Source: a virus
Length of the DNA stretch: 64,000 bases
Virus record (IMG/VR): IMGVR_UViG_3300027714_000005
Strand: one strand, 5' to 3'
Under the pieces are notes generated by a model that worked only from the letters and a program-made list of their open reading frames with translations, ran no database searches and had not been told where the DNA came from. The position numbers were made by a program, and so were the translations under genes. This document shows, piece after piece, positions 8,194 to 17,667 of the stretch. Every line of letters begins with the position of its first letter. Positions within the stretch are counted from its first letter, which is position 1.

Positions 8194-9492
8194 ATGTTAC
8201 AGTTTAGTCAACTCAATGAGACATCTCTCACTTTTGCTGAGATTGTACGTCCTGACAGGGCGTACCGTGCAGACCTCTTTATTCAAAAACTAAAATCAGG
8301 CGAACCCTTTGAAACTACAAAGGGTGACTCGATAGTTTTACAGTACGACCCCGCAATTGAAAAGGCGATTCGTACAGGTGATAAAAAGGGACTACCAATC
8401 AAGGCACTAAAAACCTTGGATGGCACAGAGATTGCGTTTGGTGTACTCTCAAAGACCGCAGAGTTTGGTGGTGGCCGTGGTTCTGGCGGTGGTTCGGATA
8501 ACACCCGTGCAACCGAATCCGCTCAGTGTGTCTACGCACAACTTATGTGGGACAACCCCAAAACAAACTTCTCTCCTGACGAACTCCGCTCCACCTTTAC
8601 AAAGGTTCAGGTTGACGCAAATTTGTCTGATGTTCTTCTTGGTGATGACCAGTGGATTGCATCATCTATTAACACGGCAAAACTTCTCCATAAGGTATTA
8701 AAGAAGAAACAGTACACGTGGCATCGTGGTTCACAGTGGGTTAGTAAACTTGAAGACACCTTCAAGAAACTCAACCGTGAAGAGAAACTATTCAGTAATC
8801 TAAACAAATGGACTCCTGCCGACATCTGGGCAATCGCTCGTGGTGCAGAAAACAAGTATAATATCCTTGACGCAAATAGTATTTCCGAGTTAAACAATGA
8901 GTTGATGAAAGCCTATGCTGCTCGTGATATCATGGGTATCTCACTCAAACAGACGGGTAAAAAATCTAAGTTGTCGCAAGTTAACTTCCGTGCTCCATTC
9001 GTACCACCAAAATTCATCAAACAAACCTTCGGTAAAAGAAACTTCTACGGTGCGAAGGATGGGTACTTGTTTGGGTCTGGTGGATTCGAACTTCAATTCC
9101 GAACCTTCCCAACCTTCCAGTGTGAGATTATAGGTAAGAAAGCAAAACACGGTAAAGTATCCTACGGTGGTATCAGTGATGCTATGAAGGATGCTGTCGG
9201 TAGACCACTTACTCAGAAGAAGGTTGTAGAACAATTACTCAAGAAAAATCCAGTGATGTTCTATGAACAGTTCTGGAAGTACTATGTGATGACTAGTGTA
9301 AAACAAAGTGACAGTAAAGAAGAACTGATTGCAAATCTAGAGAAGAAAGGTTTCGAGTGGTCTGTATCCAAGTACATGGTATTAGAACTGTTCACTTCGA
9401 TTAAGGGTAGAGAACAACAAGTGTTAGACTATATTGTTCGTATTGCAAAGTCACAAACAAAGAACTCAGCCGTTCACTTGAAGGTGTTGTAA
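8194..9492 (+). CDS. putative head-packaged protein, restriction-endonuclease-like fold
   Basis: ESAQC ... KWTPADIW ... GISLKQ resembles a PD-(D/E)xK variant; N-terminus MLQFSQLNE. Confidence 0.5.
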   Translation: MLQFSQLNETSLTFAEIVRPDRAYRADLFIQKLKSGEPFETTKGDSIVLQYDPAIEKAIRTGDKKGLPIKALKTLDGTEIAFGVLSKTAEFGGGRGSGGGSDNTRATESAQCVYAQLMWDNPKTNFSPDELRSTFTKVQVDANLSDVLLGDDQWIASSINTAKLLHKVLKKKQYTWHRGSQWVSKLEDTFKKLNREEKLFSNLNKWTPADIWAIARGAENKYNILDANSISELNNELMKAYAARDIMGISLKQTGKKSKLSQVNFRAPFVPPKFIKQTFGKRNFYGAKDGYLFGSGGFELQFRTFPTFQCEIIGKKAKHGKVSYGGISDAMKDAVGRPLTQKKVVEQLLKKNPVMFYEQFWKYYVMTSVKQSDSKEELIANLEKKGFEWSVSKYMVLELFTSIKGREQQVLDYIVRIAKSQTKNSAVHLKVL

Positions 9493-10712
9493 TGAAATTT
9501 AAGAACTTTATAACAGAACAAAAGAACACTCACATGACCCATATCGAGGATAAGGTTCTCTATGGTGGTGTGAACGGTACACGTCAAGCAATCAATGCAC
9601 TACGTGAACTCCGTGATATGTTGTCTGGTCAGACTAAGAGTAAACTGTCAACCAAGTGGGACGGTGCTCCCGCAATCTTCTGTGGCACAGACCCTAGTGA
9701 TGGAAACTTCTTTATTGCAAAGAAAGGCATTTTCAATAAGAATCCCCAACTCTTTAAGTCTGCTCAAGAGATTGATGCAGAACTTTCGGGTGACCTTGCG
9801 GTCAAGATGAAACTCGCATTGAAACACGTACCTGAACTTGGTATCAAGGGTATCATTCAGGGAGATTTCTTATTCTCAACCGGAGATACTAGTAATGAGG
9901 TTATTGAAGGTGACAAGTATACAACCTTTCATCCCAACACCATCATATATGCGATACCTTATGATCAAGCTGCCGATGTACGAAAGGCGAAGATTGGAGT
10001 CGTGTGGCACACAACCTACACAGGTGATACTTTCGAGTCACTCAAGGCATCCTATGGAGTGGACGTATCCAAATTTAAGGATTCGAAGAATGTCTGGTCA
10101 CAGGACGCAATGTTAAGAGATGTGTCTGGTGCGACTATGGATGCGAAGGAAACTAAGGAAGTTACGGAACACCTAAGTAAAGCGGGTAAGATATTTAACC
10201 AGATTTCTGGTTCTACTCTCCGTGAGTTAGAAGGTAATAAAGACCTCGCAACACTAATTGAACAGTATAACAACACTTTTGTGCGGCAACAAACGGTCAT
10301 TACTAACACTAAAGCGCACGTTCAGGGTTTAATCAAGTGGTTGGATGCAAAGTTTCAGAAAGAGAAAGATAAGAGAAGTACTGAGAAAGGTAAGGCAACC
10401 CAACAGAAGAAGTTGGATGACTTTATGAAGTTCTTCTCCACCAAAAATCAAAAGAATCTAGTTGCGATGTTTGATTTACAAAAAAGTATTGTACTTGCAA
10501 AACTGAAACTTATAAATAAACTTAATAGTATCTCTAAAATCGATGCGTTTGTACAAACCAAAACTGGTTATAAGATTCGTACAGGTGCAGAGGGGTTCGT
10601 TGCTATTGACAAGTTAGGTGGTGACGCGGTCAAGTTAGTTGATCGACTAGAATTTTCTTATAATAACTTTAGTCCAGATATCCTAAAGGGTTGGGACAAA
10701 GTTAAGAAATAA
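9492..10712 (+). CDS. DUF6267-like protein, nucleotidyltransferase/ligase (KxDG) fold
   Basis: HMTHIED, STKWDGAPA, QGDFLF, FHPNTI.YA, AEGFVA, VKLVDRLEFS..NF. Confidence 0.75.
   Translation: MKFKNFITEQKNTHMTHIEDKVLYGGVNGTRQAINALRELRDMLSGQTKSKLSTKWDGAPAIFCGTDPSDGNFFIAKKGIFNKNPQLFKSAQEIDAELSGDLAVKMKLALKHVPELGIKGIIQGDFLFSTGDTSNEVIEGDKYTTFHPNTIIYAIPYDQAADVRKAKIGVVWHTTYTGDTFESLKASYGVDVSKFKDSKNVWSQDAMLRDVSGATMDAKETKEVTEHLSKAGKIFNQISGSTLRELEGNKDLATLIEQYNNTFVRQQTVITNTKAHVQGLIKWLDAKFQKEKDKRSTEKGKATQQKKLDDFMKFFSTKNQKNLVAMFDLQKSIVLAKLKLINKLNSISKIDAFVQTKTGYKIRTGAEGFVAIDKLGGDAVKLVDRLEFSYNNFSPDILKGWDKVKK
10511..10518 (+). promoter_or_regulatory. late promoter (intragenic)
   Basis: TATAAATA about 220 nt upstream of ORF 10739. 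Confidence 0.45.
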
Positions 10713-10738
10713 ATGGGATAAACCAGAGAGGTAAACCA

Positions 10739-11122
10739 ATGTCCAAACTAATCGGACTAAAAGAATTTATTAAGGTACTCGAATCACCGGACGAAGCATT
10801 GAATATGCAACAACGTCTGAAGATGGCACGTACCTTCAAGAAGAACAAAGCAAAAATCGCAATGGGTCGCAAACGTGCGGAACGTAAAGTTGCTGATATG
10901 CCCACTCTAAAGAAACGTGCACAGAAACAAGCACGTCAAGTCTTCCTCAAGAAAATCACTAAAGGTGTCGAAAAGGGCGATCTCTCTATGGCACGTAGAG
11001 CGTCCATCGAGAAACGATTATCCAAGTTTAAACCTAAGATAGATAAACTAGCAAAGAAACTACTTCCTGCGGTACGTAAGGGTGAACTAGCTAGAAAACG
11101 AGGCGGAAACAAGAGTGATTAA
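10739..11122 (+). CDS. highly basic putative internal head protein
   Basis: K/R-rich after an acidic leader ending VLESPDE; GAGG SD. Confidence 0.65.
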   Translation: MSKLIGLKEFIKVLESPDEALNMQQRLKMARTFKKNKAKIAMGRKRAERKVADMPTLKKRAQKQARQVFLKKITKGVEKGDLSMARRASIEKRLSKFKPKIDKLAKKLLPAVRKGELARKRGGNKSD

Positions 11123-13031
11123 AGATTTTAAATCATACCTAACCGAAGAAGCGAAGGAGGTTTATTTTACGTTTGGTAGAATGAATCCACCTACTATCGG
11201 TCACGGTAAAGTATTAGATACTATTGCAAAAAAAGCAAAGGGTGCGGACTATAAAGTCTACGTATCCCAGTCACAAGGGCCTAAAGACCCACTGTCATAT
11301 TCTGACAAGGTAAAACACCTACGTAAGATGTTACCCAAACATGGTCGAAACATCATGGTTGATAAGGGTGTACGAAGTGTGTTCGATATCGCAACTAAGT
11401 TGTATGACCAAGGATACAAACGAATCACTATGGTAGTCGGAGAAGACCGTCTACGTGAGTTCGAAGTCCTGTTGAACAAGTATAACGGAACCAAAGCACG
11501 TCACGGTTTCTATAATTTTGAGAAGATATCTGTTGTATCTGCTGGTCGTAGAGACCCAGATGCAGAAGGTGTTGAAGGTATGTCTGCGTCTAAGCAACGT
11601 GCCAATGCAAAAGAGAATGATTACACCGCATTTACTCAGGGTGTACCAACGTCTATGTCCGATAAAGATACACGGAAGTTATTCAATGATGTACGGAAGG
11701 GACTAGGTCTCAAGGAAGAGACATCTTTTAAACGTCACATTAACATGGGTTCTGCGGGTGATATCCGTGAAGCATATGTTGAAGGTAAGTTGTTTGAACT
11801 TGGCGACATTGTTGTTATCAAAGAAAGCGAAGAAGTCGGTGTGGTATCTGTACTGGGTGCGAACTATGTTATCGTTGAATGCGGTGACAAGAAAGTTCGC
11901 AAGTGGTTGGATGCTGTTGAACTTGTTGAGAAACAGGACAAGGACATCAAAGACCGTGAAGGAACTCAACCCGCACGTTATCATTCAGGACTCAAGAAGT
12001 CTACCAAGGTAAAACGTGACGCACACTTCAAAGCAAAGAAAGATGGCCCTGCGCCAGGCGATGCGACTGCCAAGACTAAACCATCCAAGTACACCAAAGC
12101 ATTCAAAGATATGTATGATGAAGACTGTTGGGATGGGTATAAACAAGTAGGTGTGAAGAAGAAAGGGAACAAGACTGTTCCTGACTGCGTACCAGTAAAT
12201 GAGTATGGCGGCCCTGAAATCTCCAAAGCAGATTACCTGAAGAAACAACGTAATAGTACCCCCCCTATCAAAGAAGATGTTTCTCAGAAAGAGTTGGATG
12301 ACCTAGAAAAATTCGGTGATAGATTACTCAATAAGTTTGATGTTGATATCGAATTCACTCGTCACTTCAAAGACCGTATGAACGACAAACGTAACAAACC
12401 TGCTATTACTGTTGTAGAGATAGAACGTCTATTCAAGAAGATGGCAGATAACAAGGGTAAGAAGATTAAGAAGCACGGTAACTCAGAAGCAATCCTCAAG
12501 GATATGCAGTCTGACCTAAACCTACCTGTTGTGGTTAACTGGAAGAACGGTGAGTTCGAAGTTGTTAACAAAACAATAATGCGTAAGAAGGGGTTCAAGT
12601 CACCCGATCCAGTTCTCACTTACGAGGGTAAGATGCTCGACAAACTGAAATCAGTAACTATTGGTAAGAAGTCATATCAGGACGCATTAAAAACACTCCA
12701 GACTTTGTTGATACGCAAAAAGAAAGAGGGTGGTGGTAAACTGAGACATGGTACTGAGTACTACGCTGCACAAGTCGCTAAGTCATATCAGGGTATGAGT
12801 GACCGAACTCTCCATAAGATGTTAGGAGAAGATTGTGGTGCTGGTGAAGAAGGTACAGACAAACTCATCAAGAAGTATAAGAAAGATACTCCGATGTCTG
12901 AAGATGCAGTCAAGGCAGCGCAGGAAAGAATCAAGTCTGAAAAAGATGCCGACAAGAAGAAGCATGATGGACTACTAGATCGTGCTAGACTTGCTCGTGC
13001 AAAAGCAAAGAACGCGAGTACAAAACCATGA
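11115..13031 (+). CDS. HIGH-family cytidyltransferase-like multidomain protein
   Basis: FTFGRMNPPTIGH, VVGEDR, SAGRRDPDAEGVEGMSASK; several extra C-terminal modules. Confidence 0.85.
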   Translation: MIKDFKSYLTEEAKEVYFTFGRMNPPTIGHGKVLDTIAKKAKGADYKVYVSQSQGPKDPLSYSDKVKHLRKMLPKHGRNIMVDKGVRSVFDIATKLYDQGYKRITMVVGEDRLREFEVLLNKYNGTKARHGFYNFEKISVVSAGRRDPDAEGVEGMSASKQRANAKENDYTAFTQGVPTSMSDKDTRKLFNDVRKGLGLKEETSFKRHINMGSAGDIREAYVEGKLFELGDIVVIKESEEVGVVSVLGANYVIVECGDKKVRKWLDAVELVEKQDKDIKDREGTQPARYHSGLKKSTKVKRDAHFKAKKDGPAPGDATAKTKPSKYTKAFKDMYDEDCWDGYKQVGVKKKGNKTVPDCVPVNEYGGPEISKADYLKKQRNSTPPIKEDVSQKELDDLEKFGDRLLNKFDVDIEFTRHFKDRMNDKRNKPAITVVEIERLFKKMADNKGKKIKKHGNSEAILKDMQSDLNLPVVVNWKNGEFEVVNKTIMRKKGFKSPDPVLTYEGKMLDKLKSVTIGKKSYQDALKTLQTLLIRKKKEGGGKLRHGTEYYAAQVAKSYQGMSDRTLHKMLGEDCGAGEEGTDKLIKKYKKDTPMSEDAVKAAQERIKSEKDADKKKHDGLLDRARLARAKAKNASTKP

Positions 13032-13270
13032 TTAAGATGGCATTAACCAGACGGGCGGGTGAACTCATTGAGGGTGCTCTTGCGGATAAGTCTAAGAAGT
13101 CGGGTATCTCCGTAGATACATTAAGAAAAGTATACAATCGTGGTGTTGCCGCATGGAAGACTGGTCACCGGCCAGGCACTACTCCCCAACAGTGGGGATA
13201 TGCCCGTGTAAATGCCTTCATAGTAAAGAAGAAAAAGGGTGGTCTGAACCACGATAAGGATTTAGCATAA
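13028..13270 (+). CDS. DUF5824-like C-terminal half
   Basis: LRKVYNRGVAAWKTGHRPGTTPQQWGYARVNAF. Confidence 0.75.
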   Translation: MIKMALTRRAGELIEGALADKSKKSGISVDTLRKVYNRGVAAWKTGHRPGTTPQQWGYARVNAFIVKKKKGGLNHDKDLA

Positions 13271-13271
13271 C

Positions 13272-14786
13272 ATGAAAACTATTAAACAGTTGTTAGAAAC
13301 GTATCAACAATTCTTGGATAAGTCACCTAGTAACTGGGGTGAGGAAAAGGTAGTTGCCTACGGAGAAAAGAAAGGTTACAAAGTGATCGGTGTATGTGGC
13401 CACGGTAGGATAGACGGTATCGTACTGTTCGGTCTGGATGCGGGAGACAAGAAGTATGTCGGTAAGGAAGCAAAAGTCAAGACTGGTCAAACAGTATTCC
13501 GTTATGCTACTCGCAATAGTATGGCAGGTGACATCTTTCCGTTAGTTAAGATTGATGTTAAGAAAGGTCTTCTGTATAACCTATCTCAGAAGTCAAGTGA
13601 AGGTGAGATTGAACACGCAGAGTTTGAGACCAAAAGTGTTAAGTTGCGTTACTTACGTCTTGCCGCGACTGCCAACCTCCGTGATATTACTGGGTTCGAT
13701 CCCGGCTTTGGTTCAATGAAAGAGTCTGTTGAAGAAGGTAAGAAACCTTCTGCCGCTGATAGACTGACTTCTCGACTCAAGAAGGGTGGAGTGGACTTGG
13801 ATAAAAGAGCTAAGGATAGAAAGTCTGAACACGACAAACTGAAGAAAAAGTATGCCAATGAGTCTGTAGACCTTGACGAAGGTAAGATGAAAGAGTTTCA
13901 TGGTTACGTAAAAGCAGGGAAGTCCGCAGAGTGGATTTCTAAAAAGATTGGTATCGATGTCAAAGCAATAAAGGATTTCATGAAAGATATGAAAGAATCA
14001 AACGAATTACAAGAGGGTAAGAACTTCATCCCCGACCTTCAAAAAATCGTAAAGAATAAGAGTGCGGGTAAAGTTGGTGGTGTCATGATTGATATGTTTA
14101 CCGCCAGTGCTATCACCCAAGCATACGATAAAGTTAACCCCGCAATGAAGAAGAAGATGGAAACATCTGATGTTAACAAGCTTGTTGGACTTGCACAGAG
14201 ACTCATGGGAGAGTCTGTAGAAGTTGAACAGGTTTCCGAAGCAATTAAAACGTTTAAAGATATTAACGAAGCAATTATGTCTACTTGGACAGTTACTGTT
14301 CAAAAACCAGTTAATAAGCTTAAGAAAGGTGATAAGCAAGTTGTTAACGCTCGTTCTGCTTTTGAAGCAATTAATAAAGCTATGAAGTTGTGGAAAGACC
14401 CTGCTCTTAAATCTGCTTCTGCTGATTCATTTAAGATTACTAAGGAATCTCTTGATGAAGCATCTGCAAGAGCAGACGCAATGAGAGCAATGGGTAAACG
14501 TGGTAAGGACAGTGCGGATGATGATAATGACGCAACCGATGATGACCGCAAGGCGGCATCTAAGAATGTTCTAATGCAAGTACGCAAAGCATCCGACCTA
14601 CCCAAAGGTGGGGATATTGAGTTTGAAAACGGTAAGAAGGGTAAGATTTCTCAAGACGATGCACAGAAGATGACTCGACTGTTCGGTATGTTGAAGAAAC
14701 CACAGGACAAAGAAAAGTTTCAGAAAATAATTTCAAAAGATTTGAAGTCTCTTCAAGGTCTTCTTAAACGATTGGGAAAACACTGA
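13272..14786 (+). CDS. modular putative internal head polyprotein
   Basis: MKTIKQLLE start; repeated ES(V/L)xE linkers between basic modules. Confidence 0.65.
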   Translation: MKTIKQLLETYQQFLDKSPSNWGEEKVVAYGEKKGYKVIGVCGHGRIDGIVLFGLDAGDKKYVGKEAKVKTGQTVFRYATRNSMAGDIFPLVKIDVKKGLLYNLSQKSSEGEIEHAEFETKSVKLRYLRLAATANLRDITGFDPGFGSMKESVEEGKKPSAADRLTSRLKKGGVDLDKRAKDRKSEHDKLKKKYANESVDLDEGKMKEFHGYVKAGKSAEWISKKIGIDVKAIKDFMKDMKESNELQEGKNFIPDLQKIVKNKSAGKVGGVMIDMFTASAITQAYDKVNPAMKKKMETSDVNKLVGLAQRLMGESVEVEQVSEAIKTFKDINEAIMSTWTVTVQKPVNKLKKGDKQVVNARSAFEAINKAMKLWKDPALKSASADSFKITKESLDEASARADAMRAMGKRGKDSADDDNDATDDDRKAASKNVLMQVRKASDLPKGGDIEFENGKKGKISQDDAQKMTRLFGMLKKPQDKEKFQKIISKDLKSLQGLLKRLGKH

Positions 14787-14789
14787 ACC

Positions 14790-15299
14790 ATGAAATCCTT
14801 TGACGAACATTGCAGTTGTGTAAAAGAATCATCTCTGATTGAGAATAATCAGTACAGGGTTGGTTCTGAGAAATACTTCGAGTACTTCCGTGATGTTCGT
14901 GAAGCATATCATGCCGGAGAACTGACAGTAGACCCCAGTGAGATTGATATCGTTGAGGGTAACCTTGGTGAGTTCGCAACCTATAAGGGTGAAAATGTTG
15001 CGTTAGATTGTATCTTCGAAGCAGAAGAGAAGAACCCACCATTGAACAAACCCAAAGTCGGTGGTGCAAAGAAGTACTATGTGTATGTCAAGGATGGAGA
15101 CAAGGTAAAGAAAATCTCTTGGGGTGACACCACTGGACTCAAAGTTAAGTTGAATGACCCAGCTGCACGTAAGTCTTTCGCTGCACGACACGATTGTGCG
15201 AACAAGAAGGACAAGACTAAAGCAGGATACTGGGCGTGTAACCTACCACGTTATGCCAAACAACTCGGACTATCTGGAGGAGGAAACTTCTTTTGGTAA
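14790..15299 (+). CDS. DUF6321-like protein
   Basis: KKYYVYVK..KVKKISWGD...ARKSFAARHDC..K.DKTKAGYWAC. Confidence 0.7.
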   Translation: MKSFDEHCSCVKESSLIENNQYRVGSEKYFEYFRDVREAYHAGELTVDPSEIDIVEGNLGEFATYKGENVALDCIFEAEEKNPPLNKPKVGGAKKYYVYVKDGDKVKKISWGDTTGLKVKLNDPAARKSFAARHDCANKKDKTKAGYWACNLPRYAKQLGLSGGGNFFW

Positions 15300-15574
15300 A
15301 TTATGTAACTAGAGCATATACCGAATTATCAGTAAGTAATGGTAAGATAAGGGTATTCCGAGAGGATGTATCCGAATCACAATTGGTTTGGCATATGGAT
15401 GAGCGGGATAGGAGTTTCCACGTTATAGAGGGTTGTGGATGGATGTTGCAACGCGACAACGAAGAACCTGTAGATATGTTGGAAGGTCATAGTTATAGTA
15501 TAGATAAGATGGAGTATCACCGTATCCTAAAGGGTGACGGTGATTTAATAATTAGAATATATGAAGCTGCTTAA
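15293..15574 (+). CDS. small cupin-like protein
   Basis: VWHMDERDR...GW.LQ.D...EYHRILKG. Confidence 0.6.
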   Translation: MVNYVTRAYTELSVSNGKIRVFREDVSESQLVWHMDERDRSFHVIEGCGWMLQRDNEEPVDMLEGHSYSIDKMEYHRILKGDGDLIIRIYEAA

Positions 15575-16250
15575 TGTATTATATCGTGGTGGTGCTGGTG
15601 GCGAATTCTTTGGTGGATTGTTAACAGAACATCATAGTATTGCTACCAAAGGATTGCGGTATAACACTGAAACCGAAAGATGGTTTCTAGAGAGGGAAGA
15701 TTACCAGTCACACGAACCAGAGGTGACCAGAGTACACCCTAGAGATGTACAGAGACCGATATGGAATGGCAGTCTATGGAATGTAAGGTTAGACCACGGA
15801 TATGGTTTTCCTATCAATCAAGACTTCTGGATTGATTATCTCTGGAAAGATTGTAATGAGAACAAGACTATATTGTTCTTATCTGTAACAAGAGAAAGTC
15901 TTGATTACACCCAGAGTCTTGCTAAGAAGAAACTAATTAAGACCTCGGATCACCAGTCCGGTCAAGATATGATAGATGATGGTATCCTAGATGTTGAACA
16001 GTTCTGGGATAGACCTTGGGAATCTCAAGCATACTATTATAATATGTTCATGGAGATGATACCAGAAGGACAGAGTGTCCACGTAGTAGACCCGTATGAA
16101 CTGTTGTTTAAAGACGATGATAGTACGGTAAAAGAATTAGACAAGTTAACTGATTACCTTGGGATAACATATCCAATCAATTGGTTAAATAAAATAAGTT
16201 CTTATAGGACTAAAAATATTAATCTTATAAATAGAACTATACCAAATTAA
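15561..16250 (+). CDS. hypothetical protein (glycine-rich N-terminal loop)
   Basis: YRGGAGGEFF start; full-length ORF in operon. Confidence 0.6.
   Translation: MKLLNVLYRGGAGGEFFGGLLTEHHSIATKGLRYNTETERWFLEREDYQSHEPEVTRVHPRDVQRPIWNGSLWNVRLDHGYGFPINQDFWIDYLWKDCNENKTILFLSVTRESLDYTQSLAKKKLIKTSDHQSGQDMIDDGILDVEQFWDRPWESQAYYYNMFMEMIPEGQSVHVVDPYELLFKDDDSTVKELDKLTDYLGITYPINWLNKISSYRTKNINLINRTIPN
16226..16233 (+). promoter_or_regulatory. T4-type late promoter
   Basis: TATAAATA upstream of 16268. Confidence 0.7.
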
Positions 16251-16267
16251 ACACAGGGTTCACGAAC

Positions 16268-16582
16268 ATGGCATCGGAAACACAGTCTTCAAGGTTAGCA
16301 AGAATAGAGATGGACTCTGTTGCTAGATTTGACCGTCTAGAACAAAAACTGGATAGACTTGCCGAGGCATTAGTTACGTTGGCCCGTGTTGAGGAGAAGA
16401 TGAGTTCCTTGGAAAGAAACAATGAAAATAACTATGATAGGATGAATAAGTTCTCTCAGAAATTAGATGATATAGAAAAGAAGGTTGATGAGAACGCACA
16501 TACTGTTGCGATCATCAATAAAGTAGTTTATTTAATCACTGTCGCTGTAATCGGTGGCGCAATCAAATTAATGTGGATGTAA
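16268..16582 (+). CDS. coiled-coil protein with C-terminal TM helix
   Basis: Heptad pattern, then VVYLITVAVIGGAIKLMWM. Confidence 0.7.
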   Translation: MASETQSSRLARIEMDSVARFDRLEQKLDRLAEALVTLARVEEKMSSLERNNENNYDRMNKFSQKLDDIEKKVDENAHTVAIINKVVYLITVAVIGGAIKLMWM

Positions 16583-16591
16583 CGGAGAACA

Positions 16592-17665
16592 ATGATGAGA
16601 ACTAAAGACATGAGAGGGTTGATGGAAGCAATATCTTCCGTTATGACTCCTCAAGTAACAATAGACGAAGCCCGTCAAATGAAAGACCCAAAGAAAGACT
16701 CTATGATTACTAAAGGTGGTAAGACCATCGTAATCGATAAGTCTAAAGAGAAAGAATACCTTGCAAAAGGTTGGACTCTTTCTGAGAAGAAGAAACTCGA
16801 CCCTGTAGACGATAAGGCAAACGATAAAGAATTTAAAGACCGTAAAGACAAAGACATCGATAACGATGGTGATGTTGATTCGTCTGATGAGTTCCTGCAC
16901 AAGAAACGTGCTGCAACGGATGATGCAATTGATGGTGGAGACAAACCCGCCAAGAATGCTAAACCTAAGAAGGAAGCAGTTGAAGACGAAGACGAAGACG
17001 GTAAGAAGAAGTCTAAGAAACCTAATCCATTCGCTAAGAAGAAAGACGATGGCGAAGAGAAGGATTCCGAAGATAAGTCTGAAGACGATTCTGATGATGA
17101 CGAAGAGAAAGAAGTGAAAGACCCTAAAGTTGCTGGTAAGAAAGATGACAAGAAGAAAGTCGCATCTAATGCCAAGACTGCTGAAATCTCTAAGATTGGT
17201 GAAGGTTACACCACTAACGAAGAAATCAGAGGACTAGCTGACGCAATCACAGAACTCCACAATATGTGGGAATCTGCCGCACGTAAGTCTAATGCAACCA
17301 AACCTGAAGAGATGGATTCTAAAGACTCTCCCAAGGCAAAAGAGTTTGCCAAGAAGTCTGGTAAAGGTTCTGAAGAAGTAAACAATGATATAGAAGATGC
17401 AAAAGTAAAATCTAAGTCTGCCGAAGATGCAACTAAAGCATCATCTGGTAAGCGTAATGTAGACAACACTCTCGGTGACAACAAGATTGTCAAGTCAACT
17501 GTTGCAGAAGACGCAGATAACGTTATTGCACAAGCACAAAACATCATTGATGGTAAGACCATGAGTGAGATTGCCGCAATGGAAGAACCTAAATCAAAGA
17601 ACCCGCATGATGCACGTACTAGAGAAGCACGTTCATTCCTACAACGTATGGCTAAGAGAGGGTAA
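16592..17665 (+). CDS. low-complexity K/D/E-rich putative head core protein
   Basis: Highly charged; DIDNDGDVDSSDE EF-hand-like loop; xxE sites. Confidence 0.65.
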   Translation: MMRTKDMRGLMEAISSVMTPQVTIDEARQMKDPKKDSMITKGGKTIVIDKSKEKEYLAKGWTLSEKKKLDPVDDKANDKEFKDRKDKDIDNDGDVDSSDEFLHKKRAATDDAIDGGDKPAKNAKPKKEAVEDEDEDGKKKSKKPNPFAKKKDDGEEKDSEDKSEDDSDDDEEKEVKDPKVAGKKDDKKKVASNAKTAEISKIGEGYTTNEEIRGLADAITELHNMWESAARKSNATKPEEMDSKDSPKAKEFAKKSGKGSEEVNNDIEDAKVKSKSAEDATKASSGKRNVDNTLGDNKIVKSTVAEDADNVIAQAQNIIDGKTMSEIAAMEEPKSKNPHDARTREARSFLQRMAKRG

Positions 17666-17667
17666 TC

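Noticed and set aside
16675-17562. Long minus-strand Ser/Phe/Leu-rich ORFs
   Set aside because: Antisense shadows of the K/D/E-rich plus-strand gene; no SD or promoter.
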